The notes beneath the pieces were generated by a model that saw only the letters and a list, made by a program, of their open reading frames with translations, had not been told where the DNA came from and did no database searches. From NCBI GenBank assembly GCA_964640895.1, contig CAZXJK010000002.1, forward strand, positions 1 to 38,563: 38,563 nucleotides of DNA, written 5' to 3'. Position numbers and translations under genes: made by a program. Origin of the DNA: an uncultured Methylomonas sp. Lineage in GTDB: Bacteria; Pseudomonadota; Gammaproteobacteria; Methylococcales; Methylomonadaceae. Shown here piece after piece: positions 18,588-27,161 of this stretch. The number at the start of each line of letters is the position of its first letter. Positions within the stretch are counted from its first letter, which is position 1.

Positions 18588-19040
18588 TTATTTCAAAGCA
18601 TTTTCCAAATGATCGGAAATCACCGCTAAAATTTCATCACTGTCTTCAGTAGAGATGCCTAAAAAAGGCCGTGCAGGGATGTCGCCCCATAAATAAGGGA
18701 ATTCTGATTTTTTTCCACCGAACTGTTGCATGGCGGCGTATTCCATAGGGCTACCCACTTCTAAGGAATCATTGCTGAGTAATTCATAACGCAGGGTATC
18801 AGAAAGCACCCCCGTCTCACCCGTCAAAGCCTGGTCACGACCCTTTCTATTAATGGTTGATGCCGTGTTTTTAGCCCAGGCCACGTTGTCCGGCCCTGCT
18901 TTATCTGAAAAACGCTGTTTTGAAGACTCAACTAAAACCCCGCCTATTGACAGCAAAGCAGTGCGCAAATTACTCGTGGCAAGCGTTAATCGTCTTAACC
19001 CATCAGACAACTCACGCGCCTCTAATTTAACCGAAATCAT
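18588..19040 (-). CDS. Virion morphogenesis protein G (Mu gpG)
   Basis: RF....PD...W, L...G.L, VGS..EYAAMQQFGG, IPARPFLGIS. Confidence 0.93.
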   Translation of the reverse strand: MISVKLEARELSDGLRRLTLATSNLRTALLSIGGVLVESSKQRFSDKAGPDNVAWAKNTASTINRKGRDQALTGETGVLSDTLRYELLSNDSLEVGSPMEYAAMQQFGGKKSEFPYLWGDIPARPFLGISTEDSDEILAVISDHLENALK

Positions 19041-19052
19041 AAATTATTACCC

Positions 19053-19081
19053 TTGCAAAATCTGCTTAACTACACTATATT
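19053..19081 (+). promoter_or_regulatory. Sigma70-like promoter facing the 3' end of the gpF gene
   Basis: TTGCAA-17 nt-TATATT. Confidence 0.6.
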
Positions 19082-19087
19082 TACTCC

Positions 19088-19175
19088 AAGGCAAAAAGAG
19101 TCGGATACGTTTCGGACGTTTGATGGTGCAGGGGCATTAGCAACATGTACTCCCGACTGCCTTATCGTGTTTTTA
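19088..19175 (+). ncRNA. Putative structured small RNA antisense to the F-G junction
   Basis: Starts about 7 nt after the -10; closing stems AAGGCA/TGCCTT and GTCGG/CCGAC; ends in a T-run. Confidence 0.45.
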
Positions 19176-20385
19176 TCAAAAAAGACAATAATCGTATGTT
19201 ACGCTTCTTACCTGAAAAAACCTCAAACACCGCCCGGTAATTCTCCCCGTTAATCCGTTTCCAAATCTCCACCGTCTGATTACCGTTTTTAGTCGCCTTA
19301 CCTTTCAGTATCCGATCAGGGTCAGACAAAATCGTAGTTAACAATAAATAATCATCAGCCACCACCGGCCGTTGCTTCCCCCCATCAAAACCATGGGATT
19401 TATTAGCATGGCGTACCGCACTAGAACTCAAGAAAACCGTATAACCCTTTAAAGATTTTTCAGCCTTTAAAACCGCATCAATGCGCGCAAAACTCTCCAC
19501 AAAACCAGCAAAAAACAAAGCCTTGTCAGGATTGCTCAAGGCATTCTCAGCAAAATCAACAATATTCTTAGACACCGCCACCTGCTGATTAATATCACGC
19601 GACAAAGCGCGCGCAATCGCCTCAGGATAGCGGATCATCTTATCCTGAACCAGATTCCGTAACGACAAATCAATAGACGCACCCGGTGCATAATCCCAGC
19701 CATAATCTATCCCCTTGGGAATGCTATGTCGAACTCCATAACGGTCATCGCGTGTATAAGTGCCATTATCAGGTGCCTTAGCCCCTTTAAATTCCCTAGT
19801 AGACACCGCAACAACGCGGCACCGACAGCCCCAGCCATTGGGTGGAAAATGACTAGACCACCAGGGGTCATCAGCCTTAAGCACTGTTCCAGACCACTCA
19901 ACATGCAAGCGCCTAGGCTGGCTCACCGTATCATTATGCACATACCTCCAATACGGCCTACTTTTTAATAAATCAGGATCCGTTAATTGCTGGTAACGCC
20001 CCGCTGCATAACTGCTGGCAATATTAGTACGATAAATAACCCGTGTACGCCAATCTCTGCCAGACTTGCTATGACTGCCTGTCCAGCCCTCCCAGCCATT
20101 TTTTTTAACAATAGAATCAAAATTCTTACGGAACCAGCCTATAGATTTACCCTCAGCAATCGCCGTGTCAATGCTCACCCGTAGATCGGTGAGTAAATCG
20201 GCTTTAGCCGCACCGGCAACCACAAAAGCCTTATCATGTGCCGAACGAAGAATATCATCATATTTCTCAGTCGGTAAATTCAGCTTTTGCCGAAAAAACC
20301 GTAACTGCTGCTTAAACGGCTTATTGAATTTTCCCTGACCGCGTGGATTAAAAGCAATTTGAGTAGGCGAAAGATTAAGCGGCAT
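19162..20385 (-). CDS. Minor head protein F (MuF) with C-terminal PBECR-like nuclease domain
   Basis: AFVVAGA, IYRTNI..SY.AGR, PYW.Y, H..W.G, PPNGWGCRC; C-terminal SAVRHA..HG...QRPV...DY..L..ILSDPD extension. Confidence 0.88.
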   Translation of the reverse strand: MPLNLSPTQIAFNPRGQGKFNKPFKQQLRFFRQKLNLPTEKYDDILRSAHDKAFVVAGAAKADLLTDLRVSIDTAIAEGKSIGWFRKNFDSIVKKNGWEGWTGSHSKSGRDWRTRVIYRTNIASSYAAGRYQQLTDPDLLKSRPYWRYVHNDTVSQPRRLHVEWSGTVLKADDPWWSSHFPPNGWGCRCRVVAVSTREFKGAKAPDNGTYTRDDRYGVRHSIPKGIDYGWDYAPGASIDLSLRNLVQDKMIRYPEAIARALSRDINQQVAVSKNIVDFAENALSNPDKALFFAGFVESFARIDAVLKAEKSLKGYTVFLSSSAVRHANKSHGFDGGKQRPVVADDYLLLTTILSDPDRILKGKATKNGNQTVEIWKRINGENYRAVFEVFSGKKRNIRLLSFLIKTR

Positions 20386-21941
20386 TACTGCCCCTCAGAA
20401 ACATCATATCGCCCCGATAAGTCAGCACTAGCAAAGGCAAGCGTCATCACCTGAGTGAGTTTTTCCGTCTCCAGATCAGCATAACTTTCAAGCACTGCAT
20501 CACGCAAAGCCTCAAGGGTTTCACTCGTGTCAATTATTGATTGAATAAATTTTAACAGATCAACTTGATTCAATGCCTCAACCGCTAATCGCTCCCCATT
20601 AGAATCGGTACCCGTTGGATCAACAATCAATTCCAGCGCATCAGATTTTAAGGCAGCCGTAGTAGGTTTGCTTTTATTTTCAATCACCGGTGCTGTCAAC
20701 ATTCTCAAAATGGGTTCGTTATTTTCAGCCTGTGGAATGCGTAATTTTTCGTGTATGTACGAGAGTGGAATCGGTACCCCAACGGCAACTAATTTAGGAA
20801 TCGCATCGGCATAGGATTGCAAATCCTCGCATTCAAGGGTATCAAAAACAAAACGCGGACAGCGCAATGATTCACACCCCCAACCGTTCAGTTTTAATAA
20901 GTTAAAAACCAGATCCCGTGTCAGTGTGCTCGCTATTTGTTGCGCATCGGCTACCATCAAATCACGACGCACCTCGTTGTGAACATTACCTAATGCATTG
21001 GTCGATGATGCCCCGTCCGCCTGGCTGGTCAGTGTGCCACCCAGTATGGCCTTAGATTGAGTTTTTTCACACCAGTCAATCATGGCTGTATAAGGATCTG
21101 CGCCCCCTTTCGCGGCTTCTTTAAATTCCACCAGCATGCCTTCAGGTATAATCCCAGCCGCCGCATGGCCCATATTAACCACCGCTCTAAGTAAGGTATT
21201 TTTTTCGCCTTCAGAAGCACCGCGAGGGTATTGCCCTAAACGTACCGGCAAACCATAGATCTCTAGAAACTCGGCCAAATCACGTACGGCATAGTTTTTA
21301 AATAAAAACGGCCAGGCTAACGCACGGTGTAATCCAGCGCGAGCAATATCCCCAGATTTTGCTTTATGAATATGCACCAACCAGCCAGCATTCCACAGTT
21401 CAGCGCCCTGAGGGGTATTATCACGTAGCCTGAGTTGATTGCGCGCTTCAGGATTAACCTGAAACCAGCGTGGGGGACGATGATGAATTTTAGCAGGTTG
21501 CCAGTATTGACGGCGCACCCATTCATATTCCAGACAGCTGTATCCATAACCGATCGCATCCGCCATATCTAAAAGCACATCCTCAAAATTCGGAATATCC
21601 AGGATAATATCCTGAATCAATCCGGCAATACGTTCCTCCTGAGCGGTGGCATCACGAGGGGGTTTGATATCCCAGCCTAAACCCAGCAAAGCACGTTTAC
21701 GTTTGCCCAGTTCAGCGGCAATATGCCCGTCCTTCTCCTCTATATCCTCAAATAAATCACACTGTCCTAGTAAATCCCCACGCTCTGCATCTTCCAGAAT
21801 TTGCGCCAAACGCGAAGGGGTTAGGCCGCGCGCAGGATGATTGCCGAATTCTTGATGCAGTTGTGCTAATTCAGCAGTTTGCGGCTGTTTTAATGCTTCT
21901 TTGTTTATTTTGTTACCGCGGTGATCCAGTATCTCTACCAT
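20385..21941 (-). CDS. Portal protein, Mu gp29 (DUF935)
   Basis: HPARGLTP.RLA.IL..AE.G, EEKDGHI, FLEIYGLP.RLG.Y, SKAILG.TLT, ALGNVHNEVR. Confidence 0.95.
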   Translation of the reverse strand: MVEILDHRGNKINKEALKQPQTAELAQLHQEFGNHPARGLTPSRLAQILEDAERGDLLGQCDLFEDIEEKDGHIAAELGKRKRALLGLGWDIKPPRDATAQEERIAGLIQDIILDIPNFEDVLLDMADAIGYGYSCLEYEWVRRQYWQPAKIHHRPPRWFQVNPEARNQLRLRDNTPQGAELWNAGWLVHIHKAKSGDIARAGLHRALAWPFLFKNYAVRDLAEFLEIYGLPVRLGQYPRGASEGEKNTLLRAVVNMGHAAAGIIPEGMLVEFKEAAKGGADPYTAMIDWCEKTQSKAILGGTLTSQADGASSTNALGNVHNEVRRDLMVADAQQIASTLTRDLVFNLLKLNGWGCESLRCPRFVFDTLECEDLQSYADAIPKLVAVGVPIPLSYIHEKLRIPQAENNEPILRMLTAPVIENKSKPTTAALKSDALELIVDPTGTDSNGERLAVEALNQVDLLKFIQSIIDTSETLEALRDAVLESYADLETEKLTQVMTLAFASADLSGRYDVSEGQ

Positions 21942-23506
21942 GCGCCCACTCCTTCACTATAAAAATCATTATCATCATCACCTTCAGGCTTATCCCAACG
22001 ATCCGACTTGCTCTCACCCGTCTGAAATTCTTCTATCCACAATCCGTTCATATTACTGGCATACCAAGCTAAACAGCGTGATATAGCCGCGTCACCATGG
22101 CGGCTCATGCCTTCTGAGTCCTTGGTTTTGAGGGTGGGAACTCGGATAATCCCATTGATAACGCGCAGTGCGGATAAATCATTAAGCTGATCATTATCGG
22201 CAGGCATCCAGAAACAACCATCTTGAAAAGCCGCTTTCATTTTAGGCATATTTTCTAAATACCAGCCTTCAGACAGCTGAACTTCTTCAATTCTATCACT
22301 GCCATATTTGATCCTTGCCTGTTCTGCTAAGTAAGACCCATTACCCCTGGCATCCAATGCCCCCCCAATCATTCGCGGCAAGCCGTCTACAATGTAAAAC
22401 AATATTTGCTTTTGCTGATTAAAGGGAATGTTGCGTAGTTCGACACTAAAGGGAATAGTTCTATCTAAATTTTGGCCTATTTCAACCGGATCAATCACCG
22501 TCAAATCTGAAACCCGTCCAAAATCCTCACCAAAGGCATGCATTAAATTAGGCTTTAAGCGCTTTAATAACGGCTTTAAAGCCTCTTTACACCACTGCTC
22601 TGTTTCATCTTCTCTTTCTGCTTCAGAAAGATTCTCCAAAAAGCTGTTGTCTTTTTCATAACGCAATACCGGGTATTCTTTGCTCATCCGGCTCTCTATC
22701 ACCACCCGGCTAAGCACTGAACCACCCGATTTGGAAGGGATGCAAAAATACTCTTCATTCGCCGCCTCTCTATTGGGGGCGTTGTTGATTAAATTGCTTC
22801 GCCATTGTTTTTCTGCCTCGTAGCTCCAGGGTTTACCGGTTACGAAACAGATACGCTTATACAGCCCATCGGCTAACGCATCATCTAAAGTGATTCGGTG
22901 AATACTGTATTGCTTTTTTCCGGCACGGGCATCTTCTATATAATGATTGTATTCATTATCCACCCCGTTATGAGTGCTGATAATTCGTACTCTAGCACCC
23001 CACATAGTCAAGGCCATGGCCGCTTTTAACAAGGCTTGCAAGGAATCATGAAAAGCCGCCTCATCAATCACCACATCCCCCTGCATCCCCCGAAGGTTGG
23101 AGGGTCGTGAACTGAGGGCAGATATTTTGAAGCCGGAATGGGGGAAGCGTACCGTATAAGTAAGAATTTCTTTTTTGCCGTCTTCGTCCCTAAAAATGCT
23201 TTCCTGTATTTCACCGGCCAGTTGATTAAAAGCTTTAGCAAACAAAACCACAGCGGCAATATATTCCAACGCCATTTCTTGCCGCGAACCCACATAAAAA
23301 ACATTCCTACCCCCACGGCGTTTAGGTTTTGATGCAGTCACCACATTACTAGCCGCTTCCGCCCAGGTTAAACCGGTTCGTCTGGATTTTTCAGCAATTT
23401 TTATTTCAGACTCATCGGCAAACCAGCGGGCTTGATAGCCCAGCAAAACGGGTTCGTCTACGGGAAAATAATCAGCACCGTCCAGTGTTTGTAATTCAGT
23501 CTTCAT
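21935..23506 (-). CDS. Terminase large subunit, Mu gp28 family
   Basis: EKSRRTGLTW, LRGMQGDVVIDEAAFH, ISTHNG, G.DFGR..DL, DARGNG, RHGDAAI. Confidence 0.95.
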   Translation of the reverse strand: MKTELQTLDGADYFPVDEPVLLGYQARWFADESEIKIAEKSRRTGLTWAEAASNVVTASKPKRRGGRNVFYVGSRQEMALEYIAAVVLFAKAFNQLAGEIQESIFRDEDGKKEILTYTVRFPHSGFKISALSSRPSNLRGMQGDVVIDEAAFHDSLQALLKAAMALTMWGARVRIISTHNGVDNEYNHYIEDARAGKKQYSIHRITLDDALADGLYKRICFVTGKPWSYEAEKQWRSNLINNAPNREAANEEYFCIPSKSGGSVLSRVVIESRMSKEYPVLRYEKDNSFLENLSEAEREDETEQWCKEALKPLLKRLKPNLMHAFGEDFGRVSDLTVIDPVEIGQNLDRTIPFSVELRNIPFNQQKQILFYIVDGLPRMIGGALDARGNGSYLAEQARIKYGSDRIEEVQLSEGWYLENMPKMKAAFQDGCFWMPADNDQLNDLSALRVINGIIRVPTLKTKDSEGMSRHGDAAISRCLAWYASNMNGLWIEEFQTGESKSDRWDKPEGDDDNDFYSEGVGAW

Positions 23507-23673
23507 TGGGTTACTCTTTTTTCCTGCACTGTCTTATTTATCAAAATAACGTCTTTAAATTTAATTAAAAACCTGAACCTGGGCAGACCATCAAACTAAG
23601 CTACACTATGGGTATCCGCTATAAATCCCAGGGGCAACATGGAATCCGACATCCACTCAAACATGCCATCAAT

Positions 23674-23704
23674 GTAGCCTGGATGTAGCATAGCGGAATC
23701 CAGG
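23674..23704 (+). repeat. GTAG-type REP-like palindrome
   Basis: GTAG-CCTGGAT-GTAGCATAGCGGA-ATCCAGG; degenerate inverted copy near 23609-23633. Confidence 0.65.
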
Positions 23705-23714
23705 ATCAGTACAT

Positions 23715-24272
23715 TTACCCAGCCCCCAACAAAATACGCTTAATACTAGCCTCAACCTGCTCGCTAATCCCATCATTTTTAAGCTCTTGGGTGAGTTCTT
23801 CAGCCGCTTCTTCACGGGCTAATTGTCTAATTTGTGCGGTTCTTTTTTCGTTTTCAGAAGAGGCCTTTTCCAGTTTTTCGACAGCAAAAGCAAGTTCTTT
23901 AATTAATTTAGGCGGGGTAGGTTCTTCACCTTCAGATAAAGCAATAGCCGTATCAAAGGCTAGATTCCTGATTATTTCATTCAGTAAATGACCCACTTGA
24001 CCTTGCGGCTGACTGCCTAATTTGCCAATCCACATCTCTGCAATGTCACGGCTTTGCTTTATCTTTTCGCCCAGCTTATTCATTTTCATCGAATAGCGAT
24101 TAACTGACGATTTGCTAATGCTTAAAGGCTCATCCCCCGAATAATACGAGGCCAGCATTGTATTCAGCTGCTCAGTCACCTGCAACTGAGTCAGACTAGT
24201 ATCTCTAAGCAATTGATTCAGCGAATCCTTAAACCTCTCTGGCAAAAGATCAACCGTCGATTTTCTACCCAT
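23715..24272 (-). CDS. Terminase small subunit, Mu gp27 (DUF3486)
   Basis: MGRKSTVDLLP, SKSSVNRY; upstream of the large terminase. Confidence 0.9.
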   Translation of the reverse strand: MGRKSTVDLLPERFKDSLNQLLRDTSLTQLQVTEQLNTMLASYYSGDEPLSISKSSVNRYSMKMNKLGEKIKQSRDIAEMWIGKLGSQPQGQVGHLLNEIIRNLAFDTAIALSEGEEPTPPKLIKELAFAVEKLEKASSENEKRTAQIRQLAREEAAEELTQELKNDGISEQVEASIKRILLGAG

Positions 24273-24568
24273 TATTCAGGCACCGGACGGGAAATGCCGG
24301 GCACAACCAAACGGCCTTTAACCACATCAACCCCATTAAATCGCAAGGCCGCCATCTGGCAGCCTAGCGACTCCTCTACCGTTATTAGCTCTAAATCAGC
24401 CAACCAGGCCAAATCGGCACGGATAACATCACGCGAGGCAGTAAGCCCGTATAATTCCAATGATTTCTGGATCAATCCTTCATTTTCCCTATAATTACCC
24501 CCCGCTTCTAAAATCTGCAAAATCATTAACCGTCTGATTTCTGTTTTGATTGACTGTTGATTCATCAT
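24272..24568 (-). CDS. Mu gp26-like winged-helix protein
   Basis: RRL.IL..L, SRD.I...L.WL....L, G.DV..G....PGI.RP.P. Confidence 0.85.
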   Translation of the reverse strand: MMNQQSIKTEIRRLMILQILEAGGNYRENEGLIQKSLELYGLTASRDVIRADLAWLADLELITVEESLGCQMAALRFNGVDVVKGRLVVPGISRPVPE

Positions 24569-24888
24569 CGGGCTCGCCTCATTTCTTTAATTTGTCCAGA
24601 TATCTCGCCTAGCACTGATGCCATCGTTCGGCTATACTCTAAAGACTTATCCAGACGCTCATGAATCCGAGTAATTTCAGACGTTGTGGGTAGGGCTCTC
24701 AAATCGGCTTCTATTTTAGAAATTCGTAGACATTTTGAATCAAAACGTAGAGTCACGCTTTTCTCTAGATCCTTAATCGAATCCACGGTCACGCGACGGC
24801 GACTATCGATCCACACAAACACCCAAACAGCAGCAGAAACAAACATGTTAAGCACAATCATAACCAGTTTTATTTGCTCCGTCTCCAT
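24565..24888 (-). CDS. Mu gp25-like membrane-anchored coiled-coil protein (DUF2730-like)
   Basis: N-terminal TM; RISKIE..L..LPT motif; Mu synteny. Confidence 0.7.
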   Translation of the reverse strand: METEQIKLVMIVLNMFVSAAVWVFVWIDSRRRVTVDSIKDLEKSVTLRFDSKCLRISKIEADLRALPTTSEITRIHERLDKSLEYSRTMASVLGEISGQIKEMRRAR

Positions 24889-25178
24889 CAGTTATCCTCT
24901 GTGCCTAAAACGGGCTCGATAAGCTCATAAAGATTTTTCTTTAATAGCCTTTCATCGTTATCATGGGCTTCATTAATCTGCGAAAGCACCTGGTTTTGTT
25001 CAAGTTGGCAATCCAGTGTTTTTTGTAAATATCGGCTTTTGTAAGTCAAAAACGCATTGTCTTTTAAGGCTTTTTTTTCCTTTAAAAATGCATTATCCAG
25101 CTTATCGCTATAAACTTTAAAACAGCTGATCAACAGAAACAACTGAAACAAAACAACGACCAACAAAAATTCAATCAT
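24888..25178 (-). CDS. Membrane-anchored coiled-coil protein, possible i-spanin
   Basis: N-terminal TM then helical region; in the lysis block. Confidence 0.5.
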   Translation of the reverse strand: MIEFLLVVVLFQLFLLISCFKVYSDKLDNAFLKEKKALKDNAFLTYKSRYLQKTLDCQLEQNQVLSQINEAHDNDERLLKKNLYELIEPVLGTEDN

Positions 25179-25369
25179 AGCCGTAAACCTGCTTTTGTGA
25201 TAAAACGCAACCCAGTATTGACAGTAGACACCAATACCAGCATTAAAAAGTAATCACTGCCCGACAGAACCTCACGTAATAAACCCGTATGCTCTGCAAT
25301 AATCGCAAACACCGCGACCAATGAATTAAAAAAAATGGTTTTGCTGGCCAGCCAGGATTTATCATCCAT
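25175..25369 (-). CDS. Putative holin
   Basis: 64 aa, two TM segments, KSW..SKTI..N...LRFIT pattern; downstream of the endolysin. Confidence 0.6.
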   Translation of the reverse strand: MDDKSWLASKTIFFNSLVAVFAIIAEHTGLLREVLSGSDYFLMLVLVSTVNTGLRFITKAGLRL

Positions 25370-25592
25370 CGCAACGGGCCATAAATTTTAAAAAAGCACG
25401 GTGCGAGCTTTTTAAATACAAGGCAAACCAGGCCGCACGATACGCGCAACGGGTCGCTTCAGCATTAGTACGTGATTCATCCGCCATTTGCGTTTGCCAC
25501 TTAGCAAAACGCGAATGATTATTGCTAAGGTTAGCCAAATCCATGACTTTATTTTCTAAGCTTTTTAATTCAGACATGTGTAGTTTCTCCAC
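25362..25592 (-). CDS. Hypothetical protein (lysis block)
   Basis: 76-aa ORF coupled between endolysin and holin. Confidence 0.55.
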   Translation of the reverse strand: MEKLHMSELKSLENKVMDLANLSNNHSRFAKWQTQMADESRTNAEATRCAYRAAWFALYLKSSHRAFLKFMARCDG

Positions 25593-25595
25593 GGT

Positions 25596-26081
25596 TTAAA
25601 AAGGGCTGTCCAATTCATTTAAAATTGAGGGGGTATAGTCGTTTGTAATCCAAGCCTGCACATCAAACCCAGGGCAGACCTTGCCTGAATTAATTTCACA
25701 ATGTCCTAGCACCTGAATACCCGGGTAAAGCTTCCTAATCTGCAATACATGTTCCTTCAGGCTTAACCACTGGGCATCACTAAACCGATCGGTACCGATT
25801 AAACAAGTCCCGATTGAAATCATGTTATGCCCTTTGGCATGTGCGCCGCTCTCGTTAATATTCCGCCCCGATTCAACACCGCCTTTAATCCCAATTACAA
25901 AATGGTAACCAATATGCTTGAGCTTAGCTTGCTGATGGCCAATCAAACGCGGGTCTCGCCTAAAACCCCGCATTTTATGCCACTGATCAATATCACTGGC
26001 GGTAAACCACTTGCCATTGGGCGTAGCGGCGCAATGAATAATCAGCTCAGTAATTTGGGAATTTTGTCTTAATCTGCTCAT
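25596..26081 (-). CDS. Endolysin, N-acetylmuramoyl-L-alanine amidase (T7 lysozyme-like)
   Basis: IIHCAAT, IGYHFVI, GR.....GAH..GHN..SIG.CL.G, GH......K.CPGFDV zinc-amidase motifs. Confidence 0.95.
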   Translation of the reverse strand: MSRLRQNSQITELIIHCAATPNGKWFTASDIDQWHKMRGFRRDPRLIGHQQAKLKHIGYHFVIGIKGGVESGRNINESGAHAKGHNMISIGTCLIGTDRFSDAQWLSLKEHVLQIRKLYPGIQVLGHCEINSGKVCPGFDVQAWITNDYTPSILNELDSPF

Positions 26082-26136
26082 GGGCTTAGTCTAACCAGCA
26101 GGCATAAAAAAACCGCACCGGAACGAGTTCCGGTGC
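26082..26136 (-). promoter_or_regulatory. Late promoter Plys: activator box GGAAC-TC-GTTCC, -10 TAGACT, leaderless-type start
   Basis: Box 26120-26131; 26 nt to -10 at 26088-26093; ATG 6 nt later. Confidence 0.75.
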
Positions 26137-26141
26137 GGTTT
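26105..26141 (-). terminator. Rho-independent terminator overlapping the Plys activator box
   Basis: 15-bp perfect inverted repeat AAACCGCACCGGAAC/GTTCCGGTGCGGTTT ending in a 7-T run. Confidence 0.8.
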
Positions 26142-26212
26142 AGTAGATTAACTTAAGCTTAGGATAATAAGCCCGAACGGGCAAATTTACAAGCGATTAA
26201 TCAGCGGCTTAG

Positions 26213-26407
26213 CTAGTTTTCAAATTCCAGTTTAAACAGTGCTTCCAATAAAGCATTCTGCTGATCCAGTAAATTATTCATTAACAAGGCCAGCTTATCC
26301 AAAGCCCCTGCATCTATAACCCCGTCATTCACTAGTAAATCAGGCAAGGCTGAAATACAAGATTGCAGGGTATTCAGCTGGTCATAAATATCACCCCTGG
26401 CGCTCAC
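26213..26407 (-). CDS. Hypothetical protein downstream of the antirepressor
   Basis: 64-aa helical ORF starting 1 nt after the ant stop. Confidence 0.6.
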   Translation of the reverse strand: MSARGDIYDQLNTLQSCISALPDLLVNDGVIDAGALDKLALLMNNLLDQQNALLEALFKLEFEN

Positions 26408-26408
26408 C

Positions 26409-27023
26409 TTAACAGCCTGCTTTATTCAGGTGTTGCGCCATGTTTTGCAACTCGCGCAGATTAGGCGGGGGCGTTAGTTTACCCAGACTTTCCAAGCGGC
26501 GCACCCTGACTCTCACGGTATCTTTGCTTAAGCCCACAATAGAGGCAATCAGCCGATGGCTTAACGGTTGGCCCTGGTCATTTTTAAAGCCCTTCATCTG
26601 AATGATCCGGCGGTCGGTTTTGTCCAGGGGGATGAGTTTTTGTAGTTGGTTGATCTGGTTTTGTAGGTGTTGGATTTGGTCGGTACTGATTAGGGCTATT
26701 TTTTCGGCTTTAATAAAGTGCTTTCGGACTGCTCTACCTTTTTCATTACGTTCGAGCATTGCCAATTCTTTAGCCATGTCGATATTGATTAAATAGTCCT
26801 CAAAGCCCCGTCCTGAACCTAACGATCTTTTTTGATTGATAGCTATGTAGTCAATATTCTCAACAAAACCGTATTTTTTAATACGACGAGAAATCCAGAC
26901 ATTGAATGTAGTTTCCACTTCAAGAAAGTCGTGTAATTTACGAGCGTTGATGGTGTTAGTAGATTCACCATCAATCACAGTAGCTGAAATTAACGGGAAT
27001 TGTAGGGCTGTAGTAGTAGACAT
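26409..27023 (-). CDS. AntA/AntB-family antirepressor with C-terminal HTH
   Basis: NARKLHDFLEV.T.F..WI.RRI.KYGF.EN.DY, DMAKELAMLERNEKG..VRK.FI..E. Confidence 0.9.
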   Translation of the reverse strand: MSTTTALQFPLISATVIDGESTNTINARKLHDFLEVETTFNVWISRRIKKYGFVENIDYIAINQKRSLGSGRGFEDYLINIDMAKELAMLERNEKGRAVRKHFIKAEKIALISTDQIQHLQNQINQLQKLIPLDKTDRRIIQMKGFKNDQGQPLSHRLIASIVGLSKDTVRVRVRRLESLGKLTPPPNLRELQNMAQHLNKAGC

Positions 27024-27071
27024 GATATTTCCTTTGTAAAGTTAAAAGGTGCTATCGCTTGGTAGTATGGC

Positions 27072-27145
27072 GACAGACTGACACAGGTTACTACCACCGT
27101 TACAAAGGAAACGGCCCATCCGAAGACGGCCTGTGCCAGCCCATC
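27072..27145 (-). ncRNA. C4-type antisense RNA
   Basis: 16-bp closing stem GATGGGCTGGCACAGG/CCTGTGTCAGTCTGTC, a UUCG hairpin, and exposed b' TTTCCTTTGTAA and a' GGTAGTAA complementary to flanking targets. Confidence 0.85.
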
Positions 27146-27161
27146 ATAAAATAACAGGCAT

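Noticed and set aside
19088-19163. Hammerhead ribozyme or tRNA in the F-G gap (CGAAAC on the - strand, GTTTCG on the + strand)
   Set aside because: No CUGANGA core or stem II for a hammerhead; no cloverleaf with D, anticodon and T arms
19053-19253. 66-aa + strand ORF as a MuF immunity protein
   Set aside because: Its TTG start coincides with the -35 box, it has no RBS and it overlaps gpF antisense; a non-coding reading fits better, though not excluded
23507-23714. Small CDS between the terminase genes
   Set aside because: Only ORFs of about 22 codons or fewer without a clear RBS were seen; the region is better explained by REP-like DNA
24888-25178. Nested Rz1-type o-spanin
   Set aside because: The alternate-frame ATGs I checked are closed immediately by stops; no lipobox ORF found
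27072-27145. tRNA gene
   Set aside because: Cloverleaf-like but has a 16-bp closing stem, no T-loop consensus or CCA end; explained by C4 RNA
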